DNA of 52,454 bases from an uncultured Bacteroides sp. (GTDB lineage: Bacteria; Bacteroidota; Bacteroidia; Bacteroidales; Muribaculaceae), in contig CAYTXF010000004.1 in the NCBI GenBank assembly GCA_964440745.1, forward strand, positions 1 to 52,454, in the 5' to 3' direction. Position numbers and translations under genes: made by a program. The notes beneath the pieces are model-generated. The model did not search any database. It had not been told where the DNA came from and saw nothing but the letters and a program-made list of their open reading frames with translations. Below, piece by piece: positions 37,142 through 47,916 of the stretch (its first letter is position 1; each line of letters begins with the position of its first letter).

Positions 37142-39529
37142 TTATTGAGCCTTTATGCGATAAACTGAGAATGAATAGGGTGGCAATTGGGCCGGAAGCG
37201 AGCCGGCAGTGGCCTCGAATGTGTATGGTCGCGAGTCGAGGCTGTCCCAAGCGCCGGTAAGCACCGTGCAATCTACTGCAGCCTCGGGTGCTGCCAAGTC
37301 GGCCAGGTCAAGATTCAAGTCAGTCTTCACGGGCAGCATGTTGACAGCTTTCACGATGATGTCGCCGGTGTAAGCGTCCTTGACAATCGAGATGCCTACC
37401 CTTTTGCTCACATCTGCGGGCTGATCCTTGATGTCGAGGGACACAGGGATGTAAGTGGAGCCTGAATTCTGACCGTACATCTGCTGCACCCAATAATCGG
37501 TGGTAGGCATTACCTGGGTGTTGGTGAAGTAAATCATGTCGGGATTCCACTGGGTGTGATTCTTTTTTGCCAACAGAGGAGCATAAGATGTCATCACCAC
37601 CACATCAGCATTGCGCTCCACATCGGTCAGATAGAGGGCATCACTTAGTGCTGTCTCCATGGTAGATGTGCGGTCGGGATTATGCGAGGCATATTCGCCA
37701 AGGTATACCTTGGGAGCATTGCGGTCGTAGCAATCGTAATAGTCGCGATTGTTGATGAGCCAGCCAGGCGACACGTAATAGTGCTCGTCGACTATTGGCA
37801 CATTCTCCTGAGTGGCGAATCTCCAGCCCTCGTCGTAGTCAGTGCCCTCATAGAAAGGCCCAACGGTGCCTACGACAGTGATCTCAGGATACTTAGCCTG
37901 CACGGCATCGTAGATCATCTTGAAGCGCTCATCGAAGATTGGATTGATGAGATCTTCGTTGCCAATGCCTACATATTTGAGATTGAACGGGGCCGGATGG
38001 CCTGCTTCGGCGCGCTTTTTGGCCCATTCGCTCTTCTTGGGATCGCCATTGGCCCATTCGATGAGGTCAAGCACGTCCTGCACGTAGGCATCCATTTCCT
38101 CCATGGGGACACCACCCTGCTGGCCGTAGGATGTGGCCTCATCGTGGCTGTGATGGCTTTTGCGGCCAGAATTCTGGCAAGGCACGCCGGCAGCGAGCAC
38201 CGGAAGAGGCTCGGCTCCTATATCTTCGCAGAAGAGGAAGTATTCATAGTAACCGAGACCGCGAGTCTGATGATAGCCCCAGAGATTGCTTAGCGGCTTG
38301 CGAGCCTCCAAGGCTCCGATCGAGCCTTTCCAGTCATATATGTTGTCCACTCCATTGCCATGGGCCACGCAGCCGCCTGGGAATCTCACAAAGCGGGGAT
38401 GGAGATCAGCAAGGGTCTGGGCCAGGTCGGGCCGGAGTCCATTCTTGCGGCCCTTGAATGTCTTTTGCGGGAAGAGCGACACCATATCGATATCGTAGGT
38501 GCCAGTTGCCAAGGGTTTGATTGACAATGCTGCATTGTCGCAGTCGGCATTAGCCACAAGCACGGCAGCCGATTTCTTCCAATTCTTGCCGCCTTTGATT
38601 GTGGTTTTAGCCAAAGTGGTGCCATCGGGAGCAACCAGAGCGACCTCGGCTGATCCACCGCGCATCTGCACTGAAAGATCGTATTTCTCGCCACGCTTCA
38701 CCGGGATGCCATCGAATCCGCCATTTATCAAAGCCGCGCCTGGGGTGGCCACGTTCAATACAGCGTAGGTGGCATTGTTGGCATGGATGGGATTTTCAGT
38801 CGCAGTGGATAGAGTCATGCCGTCGCCCTTCACTGTCCAGCCTGTGGTCGCGTTCCAGTCGCGGTTGTCGTCATTGGAAAATTCGAAGTCGCGATTACGG
38901 ATCAGTTCGGCATAAAGGCCGCCATCAGCCCCATAATTGATGTCTTCGAAGAAAATGCCTATGAGTTTATCGCTGATGGGCTTGGCCTGGTCGGGAAGAG
39001 CCTTGGCGGACACTTGCACATTCTTCAGTCCGGCATAGCGCTTGTGATCGTCGGCGCAAGTCTCCGAGTCGAGTTTTCCCCTGAGCCCGCGATATTTTGT
39101 AAAGTCGATCAGATTCTTCACCACGCTGAATGGCACGCGTATGCTTTCGGGGCCAGTTTTCAGCATGCCAGGCTGATAATCCTGGTATCCCCACGACATC
39201 AGGTCGGGCGAGCAGACAGTGGCCACTGTCTTGCGCTCAGGCGACACATACCATTGGGCCACCCAGGAGCCGTCGGGCTGGCGCCAAAGTTGCGGGGAGA
39301 ACATCTTCTTGTGTGATCCCCAGGGCCCGAAATCGTTTCTTACAAAATCATAGCCGTCGCCAATGGAGTGCCAATCTTGCTGATTGGTGCTCCACTCAAG
39401 GCGCATTCCGGTGCTACCATCCTCGGCAGCATACTGACGCAGCCATACACTGTCGGTAGGCGCGATGTTGATGGCTTGGGCCCCCAGGGCTGCAGCCAAG
39501 GTCAATGTAAGCAATATTTTTCTCATCAT
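37142..39529 (-). CDS. GH51 alpha-L-arabinofuranosidase
   Basis: Signal peptide, GIFFEDIN.GADGGLYAELI.NR.FE, RFPGGC, IGNE, DEHYY, LGEYA, SYAPLL. Confidence 0.92.
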   Translation of the reverse strand: MMRKILLTLTLAAALGAQAINIAPTDSVWLRQYAAEDGSTGMRLEWSTNQQDWHSIGDGYDFVRNDFGPWGSHKKMFSPQLWRQPDGSWVAQWYVSPERKTVATVCSPDLMSWGYQDYQPGMLKTGPESIRVPFSVVKNLIDFTKYRGLRGKLDSETCADDHKRYAGLKNVQVSAKALPDQAKPISDKLIGIFFEDINYGADGGLYAELIRNRDFEFSNDDNRDWNATTGWTVKGDGMTLSTATENPIHANNATYAVLNVATPGAALINGGFDGIPVKRGEKYDLSVQMRGGSAEVALVAPDGTTLAKTTIKGGKNWKKSAAVLVANADCDNAALSIKPLATGTYDIDMVSLFPQKTFKGRKNGLRPDLAQTLADLHPRFVRFPGGCVAHGNGVDNIYDWKGSIGALEARKPLSNLWGYHQTRGLGYYEYFLFCEDIGAEPLPVLAAGVPCQNSGRKSHHSHDEATSYGQQGGVPMEEMDAYVQDVLDLIEWANGDPKKSEWAKKRAEAGHPAPFNLKYVGIGNEDLINPIFDERFKMIYDAVQAKYPEITVVGTVGPFYEGTDYDEGWRFATQENVPIVDEHYYVSPGWLINNRDYYDCYDRNAPKVYLGEYASHNPDRTSTMETALSDALYLTDVERNADVVVMTSYAPLLAKKNHTQWNPDMIYFTNTQVMPTTDYWVQQMYGQNSGSTYIPVSLDIKDQPADVSKRVGISIVKDAYTGDIIVKAVNMLPVKTDLNLDLADLAAPEAAVDCTVLTGAWDSLDSRPYTFEATAGSLPAQLPPYSFSVYRIKAQ

Positions 39530-40668
39530 TTTACATTTATAATCAAGGGATTAGTTAAGGCATCAGCTTCTTGGTTAAGATATTCGAGCCACTGCGACCA
39601 GTCTATGCCGGCTTTGTCCCAAGCGAAGCCCCAATAGTAGTCATACTCGTTGCCGGGCAAATATTGGTCATAAGCTACCAGGTGGATCTTGTCGCCGTCA
39701 AGGCGCGATGAGATTGAGTCGGGCGCTTGCGTGAGCACAATGCCCTGGAAGATCTTGCCTTGGTCAGTGACTGAGTCGGGATATAGATTGAGTGTCGGAT
39801 TGACATAGGCGAAATAGCGATTGTCATCGTCGAGGGCCACAGCGCCGTCGTCGCGCAGCGGAAAACCAGCCACCAACATCTGCGGACTCATCAGTCCCTG
39901 GTATGATACTTTAGTATGGTTGAGGTACTTGCCCGCATCGAGGGTGATGTCGCGCACCTCAGTGTATTTTTCGCCGTTACTGTCCTCACCAATTGTTGCG
40001 GGAGTGAAGGCGAGGGTCACGCGGAATCGCAGAGGCCCATTGTCGAGGATTCTTTGCTGGTCCCAGCACCAGGGATATCGCAGAGTGTCGGCGATGACCA
40101 GGGCTGTGCACCCGGCCCCAAGCGTCGGACCTACGGCAAAGCAGTCCATGCCGTGGCCATGGTCGATGTGATAGCTCGTGCCCTTCTGCTGGCCAGCATA
40201 GAGAGCGTCAAGGATGGGCTTGTCAGTGTCGCGCTTGGTGAAGATATCATAGCCATAGCCTTTCTCGCCAGTGGCTTGCAGGGGAGGACCGTAGGCGCGA
40301 TAGCCGCCTTTGTCATTTTCCCAGGCCATGTCGTCGAGACGATCATGACGCACCTTTCCGGTTGCAATTGTGTCGGCAGTCGGAGTCTTTAGGGGAGAGA
40401 TGTGATAATGGGCTTTGCCTTTAGGCTCTATATTGGCCAGGATAAGCAGCAATGAGTCGCTGGTGATCTGCGAGGGCACGAAGTTTCCATCCTCGTCGAC
40501 CACTGTCCAGTCGGCCTGGCCTATTTTGTCAGCCACCTGGCGCGCATCTATCGGCACAGCCTCGTTGACGTAGGCTTTTGAGGAAGGATTTTCGATTTCC
40601 ACAGTCGCCACCTTGGTGCAGCTGACACAGGCGGCAAGCATGAATGCTAATGCGAATTTGAAATTCAT
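39526..40668 (-). CDS. DUF4861-like lipoprotein
   Basis: Lipobox CVSC, R.DD.AWEND...RAYGP, GYDIFTK, SYHIDHG.GMDC..VGPTLG; 4-nt overlap with GH51. Confidence 0.75.
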   Translation of the reverse strand: MNFKFALAFMLAACVSCTKVATVEIENPSSKAYVNEAVPIDARQVADKIGQADWTVVDEDGNFVPSQITSDSLLLILANIEPKGKAHYHISPLKTPTADTIATGKVRHDRLDDMAWENDKGGYRAYGPPLQATGEKGYGYDIFTKRDTDKPILDALYAGQQKGTSYHIDHGHGMDCFAVGPTLGAGCTALVIADTLRYPWCWDQQRILDNGPLRFRVTLAFTPATIGEDSNGEKYTEVRDITLDAGKYLNHTKVSYQGLMSPQMLVAGFPLRDDGAVALDDDNRYFAYVNPTLNLYPDSVTDQGKIFQGIVLTQAPDSISSRLDGDKIHLVAYDQYLPGNEYDYYWGFAWDKAGIDWSQWLEYLNQEADALTNPLIINVK

Positions 40669-40749
40669 GATATAGGGGTATTGAATTTTAAGGCAAGGTC
40701 TGAATTAGTGAAAGAAACGTGGGCCTTAATTGGCGGAGGGGCAAGCCCC

Positions 40750-41316
40750 TTATTCCGACAGCAGCGAGGCTATTACTTGTGGATAATGGAGATATTCGAG
40801 GGCATGGACTCGCGCGGCAAGGGTATCGGGAGTGTCATCGGGATATACGGGACAAACATGCTGCGATATGACAGTGCCCTGGTCGCATAGTTCATTTATA
40901 TAATGAATTGTGATACCGCTCTGAGTCTCATGGTTATTGATTACGGCCTCATGGACATGGTCGCCATGCATGCCTTTGCCTCCGTATTTTGGCAATAGGG
41001 AGGGATGGATGTTGACGATGCGCTGAGGATAGGCGTCGAGCAGGGCATCAGGGATCATAGCCAAGAATCCGGCCAGCACGATAAAGCATATGTCGCGCTC
41101 GCGAAGAGCATTAAGCACCTGGATGCCTTGGCTCCATTCTTCCTTGGGAAAGTACAGGCAGGGGATCCCGAGGCGAGCGGCGCGCTCAGTCACTCGAGCA
41201 GCCTTGCGGTTGGTCACAATCAGGCTTACCTCAATCTCGGGATTGTCGTGAAAATAATTGGCTATATTTTCGGCATTCGAGCCATCTCCACTGGCAAATA
41301 TTGCTATCTTCTTCAT
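40750..41316 (-). CDS. purN: Phosphoribosylglycinamide formyltransferase
   Basis: IFASGDGSN, LAGF, NIHPSLLP.YGG.G, GITIH. Confidence 0.94.
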   Translation of the reverse strand: MKKIAIFASGDGSNAENIANYFHDNPEIEVSLIVTNRKAARVTERAARLGIPCLYFPKEEWSQGIQVLNALRERDICFIVLAGFLAMIPDALLDAYPQRIVNIHPSLLPKYGGKGMHGDHVHEAVINNHETQSGITIHYINELCDQGTVISQHVCPVYPDDTPDTLAARVHALEYLHYPQVIASLLSE

Positions 41317-41457
41317 TATATTATAATTTATGGCAAAGATAAGAATAATTTTTCACTTTTCATAACAAAGTGGGGGAAGTGGCAGGCAATTTAATGCTCA
41401 ACAAAAATTTTGCCAAGGGTGTTATAGTAATACTAACAAGTAAAAAACTACACAACC

Positions 41458-42042
41458 ATGGCAACAAAAGACATACGTGGCACACGCACCGAGAAATGCA
41501 TCGCCACAGCCTATCTGGCTGAAAGCACAGCCTACACCAGATACATCTATTATTCCCAACAGGCCGAAAAAGAGGGTTATATACCAGTATCGCTGATCTT
41601 CAAGTCAACTGCTGAGAACGAACTCCATCACAGCAAGGTATTTTTCAAGATGCTGCAGGGCGGCAAATGCGGCGTGCCCATTGACATTGACGCCGGCGTA
41701 ATTGCCGATACAGCCTCCAACCTGGCCACCGCCATGGAGGAAGAGCAGCAGGAAGGCGTTGACCTCTATCTGGCATCGGCCAAGGTAGCCGAGGAAGAGG
41801 GATTCGACGACATCGCTGCGCATTTCCGCGCCATAGCCACCATCGAGGACCATCATAAGGAGCGTTTCTGCCGCTATCTCAAGATGGTAGAGGATGGCAC
41901 ACTGTGGAAGAGAGAGAAGCCGGTAATGTGGCAATGCACGGTATGCGGTTACCTCTACGAAGGCACCGAGCCCCCACAGGTGTGCCCCGCTTGCAACCAT
42001 TCATATCAGCACTACATCGCTATCGGCGACGACACTCTGTAA
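41458..42042 (+). CDS. rbr: Rubrerythrin
   Basis: AES.A..RY, ENE..H, AEEEGF, IEDHH, C-terminal WQCTVCGY...CPAC.H rubredoxin domain. Confidence 0.9.
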   Translation: MATKDIRGTRTEKCIATAYLAESTAYTRYIYYSQQAEKEGYIPVSLIFKSTAENELHHSKVFFKMLQGGKCGVPIDIDAGVIADTASNLATAMEEEQQEGVDLYLASAKVAEEEGFDDIAAHFRAIATIEDHHKERFCRYLKMVEDGTLWKREKPVMWQCTVCGYLYEGTEPPQVCPACNHSYQHYIAIGDDTL

Positions 42043-42043
42043 C

Positions 42044-42994
42044 TTAATATACCTCCTTGGCGATTTGGGCAATGCTGTCGGCAGCCAGATAGCTGTAGAA
42101 ATGCAGGCCCGGCACTCCGGCTTGGAGCAATTCGCGGCATTGCTGGATGCTCCAGTCGATGCCTACGCGCTTAGCCTCTTCGTCGGTAACGCATTTCTCC
42201 AACTCGTGGCTCAATGCCTCGGGCAGGTCGATGTGGAATACTCGCGGCAGCACATTGAGCTGATTGCGCAGCACGATGGGCTTTACGCCCGGAATGATTG
42301 GCACTGTGATGCCCTCAGCGCGGCAACGATCTACGAATTCGAAATATTTCTGATTGTCGAAAAACATCTGTGTTACCAGATAGTCGGCACCCTGATCTAC
42401 TTTCATTTTCAGATAGCGCAGATCGCTGGCCATGTTGGGGGCTTCTTCATGCTTTTCGGGATAGCAGGCCATGCCATAGCGGAAGGGAGTCTCAATGCCC
42501 TGGATTTTCTGGTCGTCGAGGCCTATGCCGCGATTGAAGTCGTTGACTTGGCGCTGCAAGTCGGTGGCATGCTCGTGATAGAGGTCCTCAGTGCCTTTGG
42601 GGATGGTGAGGTCCTTGGCATCGCCGCGCAGCAGAAACAGATTGGTCACGCCCAGGAAATTGAGGTCGAGCAGCGCATATTCGGTTTCTTCCTTGGTAAA
42701 GCCCTTGCAGATCATGTGAGGCACAGCGGGAATGCCATAGCGGGTCTGGATGGCGCTGGCTATGGCCACCGAGCCCGGGCGCTTGAGCACATTCACGCGC
42801 CTGAGCGTGCCGTCAGGGTTTTCCTTGTACACTGATACGCTGTGGTGGGTGGTGATGTTGATGTATTGCGGGTTGAATTCCCGCAGCTTGTCGATCACAT
42901 CATATACCTTGTAAATGCTGTTGCCCTTGAGGGGCGGAAGTATTTCAAATGAAAAGCTGGGCCTTTCGGAATTGCCTGAATTAATAGCTGTCAT
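42044..42994 (-). CDS. metF: Methylenetetrahydrofolate reductase
   Basis: FSFEILPP, LRGD, YPEKHEEA, KVDQGAD..VTQMFFD, PIIPG, LHFYS. Confidence 0.94.
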   Translation of the reverse strand: MTAINSGNSERPSFSFEILPPLKGNSIYKVYDVIDKLREFNPQYINITTHHSVSVYKENPDGTLRRVNVLKRPGSVAIASAIQTRYGIPAVPHMICKGFTKEETEYALLDLNFLGVTNLFLLRGDAKDLTIPKGTEDLYHEHATDLQRQVNDFNRGIGLDDQKIQGIETPFRYGMACYPEKHEEAPNMASDLRYLKMKVDQGADYLVTQMFFDNQKYFEFVDRCRAEGITVPIIPGVKPIVLRNQLNVLPRVFHIDLPEALSHELEKCVTDEEAKRVGIDWSIQQCRELLQAGVPGLHFYSYLAADSIAQIAKEVY

Positions 42995-43173
42995 AATCTT
43001 TTTCCTTATTACTGAGTTGCGAGTGCAAAGTTAAGCATTATTTCCTATAGTTTTAAAGAATAAATTTACAGAAGTAGGCGGATTGTTAGAAAATTGTTCT
43101 AAAATCTGTGATATAATCTAAAATGCAGCAGTGATTGTTATAAAAATAGTCAGTAAAGAAAAAGAATGCAATC

Positions 43174-44202
43174 ATGTTTCACGATATTTTATTTTTGCTC
43201 ATGGGCCTTGTGCTCATAGTCATTGGAGGAAATTATGTGACAGACGGAGCGGTGTCGGTCGCCAACCGGTTCAAGGTGCCACCGCTGGTGGTAGGCGTGA
43301 CGGTTGTGGCCTTTGGCTCGTCGACGCCTGACCTGGTAGTCAGCATCATGTCCACGATTCAAGGCAAGTCAGAACTGGCCATAGGTGATGTGGTGGGTGC
43401 TGGCATGTTCGACATGCTTTTGGTAATAGGCATCACTGCTCTTATCAGTCCAATCACCATCAAGCGCAGCGCTCAGGTGTGCGACTTGCCCTCGGTAGCG
43501 ATTGCGGCCATTCTGCTTTTCCTGTGCACACAGGACAGTTGGCTTGGCCATGGCCACATCGATGTGCTTTCGCGCGGCGACGGCATAGTGCTGCTGGTAG
43601 TATTCGTGCTGTTCATGATCTACACCTTCACCACAGCGCGAAAAGATGCCTCGCCGGCTCCAGCATCGACACCCGCGACTGCTCAGGCTCCTGCTCAGAC
43701 GCCTAACAAGCGGCATCGCTTTAGCCTTGCTGACTGGATCAACCGCAATATGTGGGTGGCAGCAGTGGCAATAATCGGCGGCTTGGCTGTACTGGTGATT
43801 GGCGGCAATTGGATAGTGGATGGAGCCAGCGGCATAGCCGAGAAGGCTGGTCTGAGCGAGGGTCTGGTGGGCTTGACCGTGGTAGCCATCGGCAGCAGCA
43901 TACCCGACTTGGCCACATCGGTGGTAGCCGCTGTTAAGAAGCAGCCGGGCATAGCCATGGGCAATGTTTTCGGCAGCTGCATCATGGACATGCTCTTCGT
44001 GCTGGGCACATGCTCGGTGATAAGCCCGCTCCATACCGGCAACATTACCTTTGTGAGTTTCGCCTCACTGGCCGTGGTGTCGATAATGCTGTGTCTTGTG
44101 GGCCTTCTTTACAAGAAGCACATGATCACCCGCGCCTTCGGCGTTGTGCTCATAGTCCTCTATATCGCCTACATGACCTACCTCGTACTTGCCCAAAACT
44201 AA
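43174..44202 (+). CDS. Calcium/sodium antiporter (YrbG-like, CaCA family)
   Basis: Two alpha-repeats VAFGSSTPDL and VAIGSSIPDL, GNVFGS, about 10 TM helices. Confidence 0.9.
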   Translation: MFHDILFLLMGLVLIVIGGNYVTDGAVSVANRFKVPPLVVGVTVVAFGSSTPDLVVSIMSTIQGKSELAIGDVVGAGMFDMLLVIGITALISPITIKRSAQVCDLPSVAIAAILLFLCTQDSWLGHGHIDVLSRGDGIVLLVVFVLFMIYTFTTARKDASPAPASTPATAQAPAQTPNKRHRFSLADWINRNMWVAAVAIIGGLAVLVIGGNWIVDGASGIAEKAGLSEGLVGLTVVAIGSSIPDLATSVVAAVKKQPGIAMGNVFGSCIMDMLFVLGTCSVISPLHTGNITFVSFASLAVVSIMLCLVGLLYKKHMITRAFGVVLIVLYIAYMTYLVLAQN

Positions 44203-44212
44203 TAGAAAAATA

Positions 44213-46126
44213 TTATTCAGAGTAGGCGGTGAGCTCTTCGGTGGTGAAGGGCTCGCTGCCTTTTTTCCATAAATGGAGGGTGCGAAGGCTGTGGGTGCCG
44301 GCGGGTAGGGTGGCCTCGGTCATGATCACCGCGCAGGTTTCGGAGATGGGGTGGAGGCCCCTTGGCTCTGCAACGATGGTCTCAGTCCAGCCGCTTAGGG
44401 GGATAACCGCCAGTTGGTATTCGCCATTGCTGATGATTGTGGCCTTATGGCCGTCGGGCAACTGTCGTGTCTCTATTCTGAATCCGCTGCCTCGGTGGGG
44501 GAGGGAATAACTGCCCAGCCTTACGCGCGTGGCGAAGGGAAGTGTCACAGAGTCATTGTGGAGGGTGCCGGTAGGCAAGGTAGTCTCGGCCAAGGCAAAT
44601 TTCACATCGGGTTCTGATTCCAGTTCTGCCTTTCTGCGGTAGATGCCATCTTGATAACTCTCAAAATCATACAGGCGCAGCACTTCCCAGGCGCCTGAGG
44701 GAGTGAGTGTGGCATAGTTCATCGACACCTCACCATCAGGACCGTCGGCCATCCAGGGGAATTCGGTGTGGTAAGCAAGCTTGTTGTAGTTTTCACTGCT
44801 GCGGAATTGCTGCCAGTCGTCGGCCACCTTCTCATGGCACCACGAGCGCATCTCGGCTCCGCCGCATGCCGGATAGTCGGTGATCATCAGATTGGTGCCT
44901 TTCTGGAACCGATTGTATACTTTGTCAGGCTCCATCTCTGAGGCCCAGGGGCCTTCATTCTCCACCGCTGTCCAGTATTTGCTGTCGGCAGGCAGAAGCA
45001 GGTTGAAGAAAGCCTTGGCCATCCAGTATACGCTGCCTCGGCAACTGTAGATTTGCACACAGGGCGCAAAAGGTCCGTAGAACCCCATTGTTGGCACTCC
45101 GTCGGCCATGAAGTCGGGATTTTCCATGAACTGAAGCAAGGTGGCCGAACTGATGCGCCTAAGCCATCCGAAATCCACATCGTCGAGGCCCTCGCGCTCC
45201 ACCACGGTGAATGGGGCCACCGATGCAAAGCGATAGGGGAGGGAGCGGCCCCACATGTTCATGCGGCCGTCGCGGGCAAACATATATGGATAGTTGTCGA
45301 GCATATCTTGCTGATGGCTAAGGAATTGCTCAGCCAAGTCGGGCCATTGCTCGTGGCCATAGATCATAGAAAGCAGAGGTCCGTAGGTCTGGAAGGCCCA
45401 CATGCTGTAGTAGTCGTAGGCGGGCACATCGTTGTACCAGCCCTCGCCCCGGTAGAGATTGAGCAGGTTCTGCAAGCAGGTGCGCATATATTCTTCATTT
45501 ACCTCATAGCCCTGATCCTTGCAGAAAGCCATGATGAAGACATTGAAAAACTGCCAATTGCTGCTGATCGTTGGTCCCTCGCCATAACTCAGGAAAAGCG
45601 ATACAAGTGAGTCCTTCTCTTCTTGGGTAAAGGTATCCCATACAGCAGGCTGGCAAAGTTTTAGGGATATGCACAGGGCACCGAGTTCGAGCATCGTCTG
45701 GCTTGGACCGCCAGTGCGATGCGGTATGTAGCTGGTGCTTCCCTCTCGGGTAAGATTGCGCAGCTGGTGGCGATAATAGTCAGCCACCTTGATGCCATTG
45801 GATTCCAAATCGGGATTTTCCCTGAGCAGAGGGGCTGCCAAGAAGAAGGTGCGGGCCAGACCCTCGAGCTTTGCCACAGGCACTGCGGCCGAGTCGCGAG
45901 GATAAGTCTTGTCGAGCTGCTTGGGAAAGTACATGGGGTCGTCGAGTTCGTGGATGTATCCGAAGGCACCGTCGAGCATGTAAGTGGCGGCGTCTACCCA
46001 ATGCTGGCGCGTAAGGCCTGTATAAGGGCTCAACTCGTAGTCGGGATTCTTGATTTGGAATGTAGTGTCAGCCTTCATAGCAGTGATGATGCAGGAGGCG
46101 GCCAACAGCAAAAACAATTTTTTCAT
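44213..46126 (-). CDS. DUF2264-family secreted protein (possible glycoside hydrolase)
   Basis: Signal peptide, LEGLART, NWQFF, Y.GEGWY.D, DYYS.WAF, GRSL.YRFA, YSC.GS.YW..KAF. Confidence 0.78.
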   Translation of the reverse strand: MKKLFLLLAASCIITAMKADTTFQIKNPDYELSPYTGLTRQHWVDAATYMLDGAFGYIHELDDPMYFPKQLDKTYPRDSAAVPVAKLEGLARTFFLAAPLLRENPDLESNGIKVADYYRHQLRNLTREGSTSYIPHRTGGPSQTMLELGALCISLKLCQPAVWDTFTQEEKDSLVSLFLSYGEGPTISSNWQFFNVFIMAFCKDQGYEVNEEYMRTCLQNLLNLYRGEGWYNDVPAYDYYSMWAFQTYGPLLSMIYGHEQWPDLAEQFLSHQQDMLDNYPYMFARDGRMNMWGRSLPYRFASVAPFTVVEREGLDDVDFGWLRRISSATLLQFMENPDFMADGVPTMGFYGPFAPCVQIYSCRGSVYWMAKAFFNLLLPADSKYWTAVENEGPWASEMEPDKVYNRFQKGTNLMITDYPACGGAEMRSWCHEKVADDWQQFRSSENYNKLAYHTEFPWMADGPDGEVSMNYATLTPSGAWEVLRLYDFESYQDGIYRRKAELESEPDVKFALAETTLPTGTLHNDSVTLPFATRVRLGSYSLPHRGSGFRIETRQLPDGHKATIISNGEYQLAVIPLSGWTETIVAEPRGLHPISETCAVIMTEATLPAGTHSLRTLHLWKKGSEPFTTEELTAYSE

Positions 46127-46177
46127 AAGCTTGGCATTAGGGTTAGTCTTTCAGTGGTTGGGTGAATGGCAAAGGCT

Positions 46178-46762
46178 CTATTCGGCCTGCAGGTGGTCCA
46201 TCAGTTCGTCGATAAACATGCGTTCGCCAACTTTTCGGAAACCTACGCTTTCGTAGAGACGTCGGGCGCGATCGTTCTTCTTATCCACAAGAAGGCCGGC
46301 CGGCTTGCCTATTTTGCGAGCTTCTTCGATTCCGGCAAGAAGCAGGGCTCGCCCTACGCCTTGGCCACGGTAGCGGCGCTTGACTGCCAGGGTATCGAGA
46401 TAGAACTCGCTGGGGTCGGTTTCCAGGGGGAAATCCTCCTCGATTTTTATGCCCCAGTGGTTCATTTTATCAATGAATACCTTGCGCAATTCGAGCAGCC
46501 GTGCTCCGTCATATCCCACGAGCACGCCATAGACATCGATGGGGTTGCGGCCGTCGGCAATCAGGGCATTGAGGTAGGAGTACTGCGTGTCGTCGCGCAT
46601 CGCCAGCAGCGAGAAGAAGTCTTGGTAAGATTCTATATTAAAACCATGATTTGTGCGGCGCCCGAATGTTTCGAGCACTAATTCTGGCGTAATGGCCGTA
46701 ATCACAGCTCGGCCAATCTCTCCGGCCTCCCATTCGGTGGCCTTCCTTATTTCGTAGTCCAT
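46178..46762 (-). CDS. GNAT-family N-acetyltransferase
   Basis: YLDTLAV...YRGQGVG, N..A..LYESVGF; ATG 46762 lies downstream of a TAATTTTG -7 element (46783-46790). Confidence 0.88.
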   Translation of the reverse strand: MDYEIRKATEWEAGEIGRAVITAITPELVLETFGRRTNHGFNIESYQDFFSLLAMRDDTQYSYLNALIADGRNPIDVYGVLVGYDGARLLELRKVFIDKMNHWGIKIEEDFPLETDPSEFYLDTLAVKRRYRGQGVGRALLLAGIEEARKIGKPAGLLVDKKNDRARRLYESVGFRKVGERMFIDELMDHLQAE

Positions 46763-46849
46763 ATCAATAGTTTTGTTTTTCACAAAATTACAAAACAAAA
46801 TTGACATAACAAAATATTCAGGTCATTTGACCGAAAAACCTTTTTGTCA

Positions 46850-47719
46850 CTATAGCTTTTCGATTTCTTCAGGGGTGAGGCCGGTACCCTTGGCTATGCC
46901 TTCTATGGGGAAGCCTAAGGCTTTCAGATTGTGGGCAATACTTATCTTTTCTTTGGCTATGCCTCGCGCCTCGCCCTCCAGCAAGGCCTCGCCGCGGGCG
47001 GTCTCATTGACATCCTCCAGGATGGCCAAGTCCTCCAAGTAACGCTCGTAGGCTCTTCGCTCCTCCCGGCTCATGCTCTCAAGCTTCATTATCTCGCGAG
47101 CCTCAGCCAACCCCGGAGCCGTAGCGTCGTCGGAAATTTTTGATGTTTTTAGGAAATCAATCCACTGGTCAAGCGGTGTCACGGCATGCTTGTCAAAATC
47201 GTTGACCTTGAGTATGATGAACTCTGGATAAAGGTCGCTGGGAAACTCCGCATGGTATTCCTTCTTCTGGAATGGAGAAAGCGTGAGCAGCTTGCCCGAG
47301 TGCACTCCTCGGAACTCCGTCTTGCCGACGTACACGTAGTCGTCGCCCCGGCCCAGGTCGAAGTGCACGATGTTGATGCAGTAAATCTTCTTGATCTTCT
47401 GATAGCCTTTGCCCACTTTCATATAGTCGATTATATGCTTCGACACATCGAACAGTATGCGCTGGAAATAGGCTTTCTCGCTCTCGTACTGCACCTCGAT
47501 GATGTACTTTGCGTGGTCTTCGTCTTCAGCGAGTATGTCTACGCGGTTGGATTTGTCATTCTCATCGCGCTTGTTGCCTTCGCTTTCCAGCAAGGAATCA
47601 ATCTTAACCTTCTTCCCGATGACTGTGGAGATGAAGCCTTCGAGCACGGCAAAGTTGGCTTTGTCGCGCAACAGTTTCTTGATTGCCCAGTCAAAACTGA
47701 TGTATGTTCTCTTTGCCAT
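46850..47719 (-). CDS. Rpn family (PD-(D/E)XK transposase_31 / PDDEXK_2-like) nuclease
   Basis: FDWAIKKLL, RVDILAED, IIEVQ, FQR, W..FLK, C-terminal EGEARG...IA.NLK..G...I.K.TGL..EEIEKL. Confidence 0.9.
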   Translation of the reverse strand: MAKRTYISFDWAIKKLLRDKANFAVLEGFISTVIGKKVKIDSLLESEGNKRDENDKSNRVDILAEDEDHAKYIIEVQYESEKAYFQRILFDVSKHIIDYMKVGKGYQKIKKIYCINIVHFDLGRGDDYVYVGKTEFRGVHSGKLLTLSPFQKKEYHAEFPSDLYPEFIILKVNDFDKHAVTPLDQWIDFLKTSKISDDATAPGLAEAREIMKLESMSREERRAYERYLEDLAILEDVNETARGEALLEGEARGIAKEKISIAHNLKALGFPIEGIAKGTGLTPEEIEKL

Positions 47720-47916
47720 AACTCAAAATCTAAGGATTCAACAATCTAATACGCAAAAATACAACTTTTTCCTGATATAACAATGTACTCCCCTAAAATA
47801 GTTGTAACGTTTGAATTAACTGAGAGGTGATTTTCGTAGTGACAATTATTTGATAAGTTGGAAATAAAATCGTAATTTTGCGACAGAATAATACCAACAC
47901 TAAAAATACAAATGCA

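Noticed and set aside
42995-43173. SAM or other riboswitch upstream of metF
   Set aside because: The -7 element (43026-43033) lies only about 30 nt from the start codon, leaving no room for an aptamer.
46850-47719. Rpn gene as an active transposon
   Set aside because: No terminal repeats or target duplication; the 'transposase' label for this family is historical.
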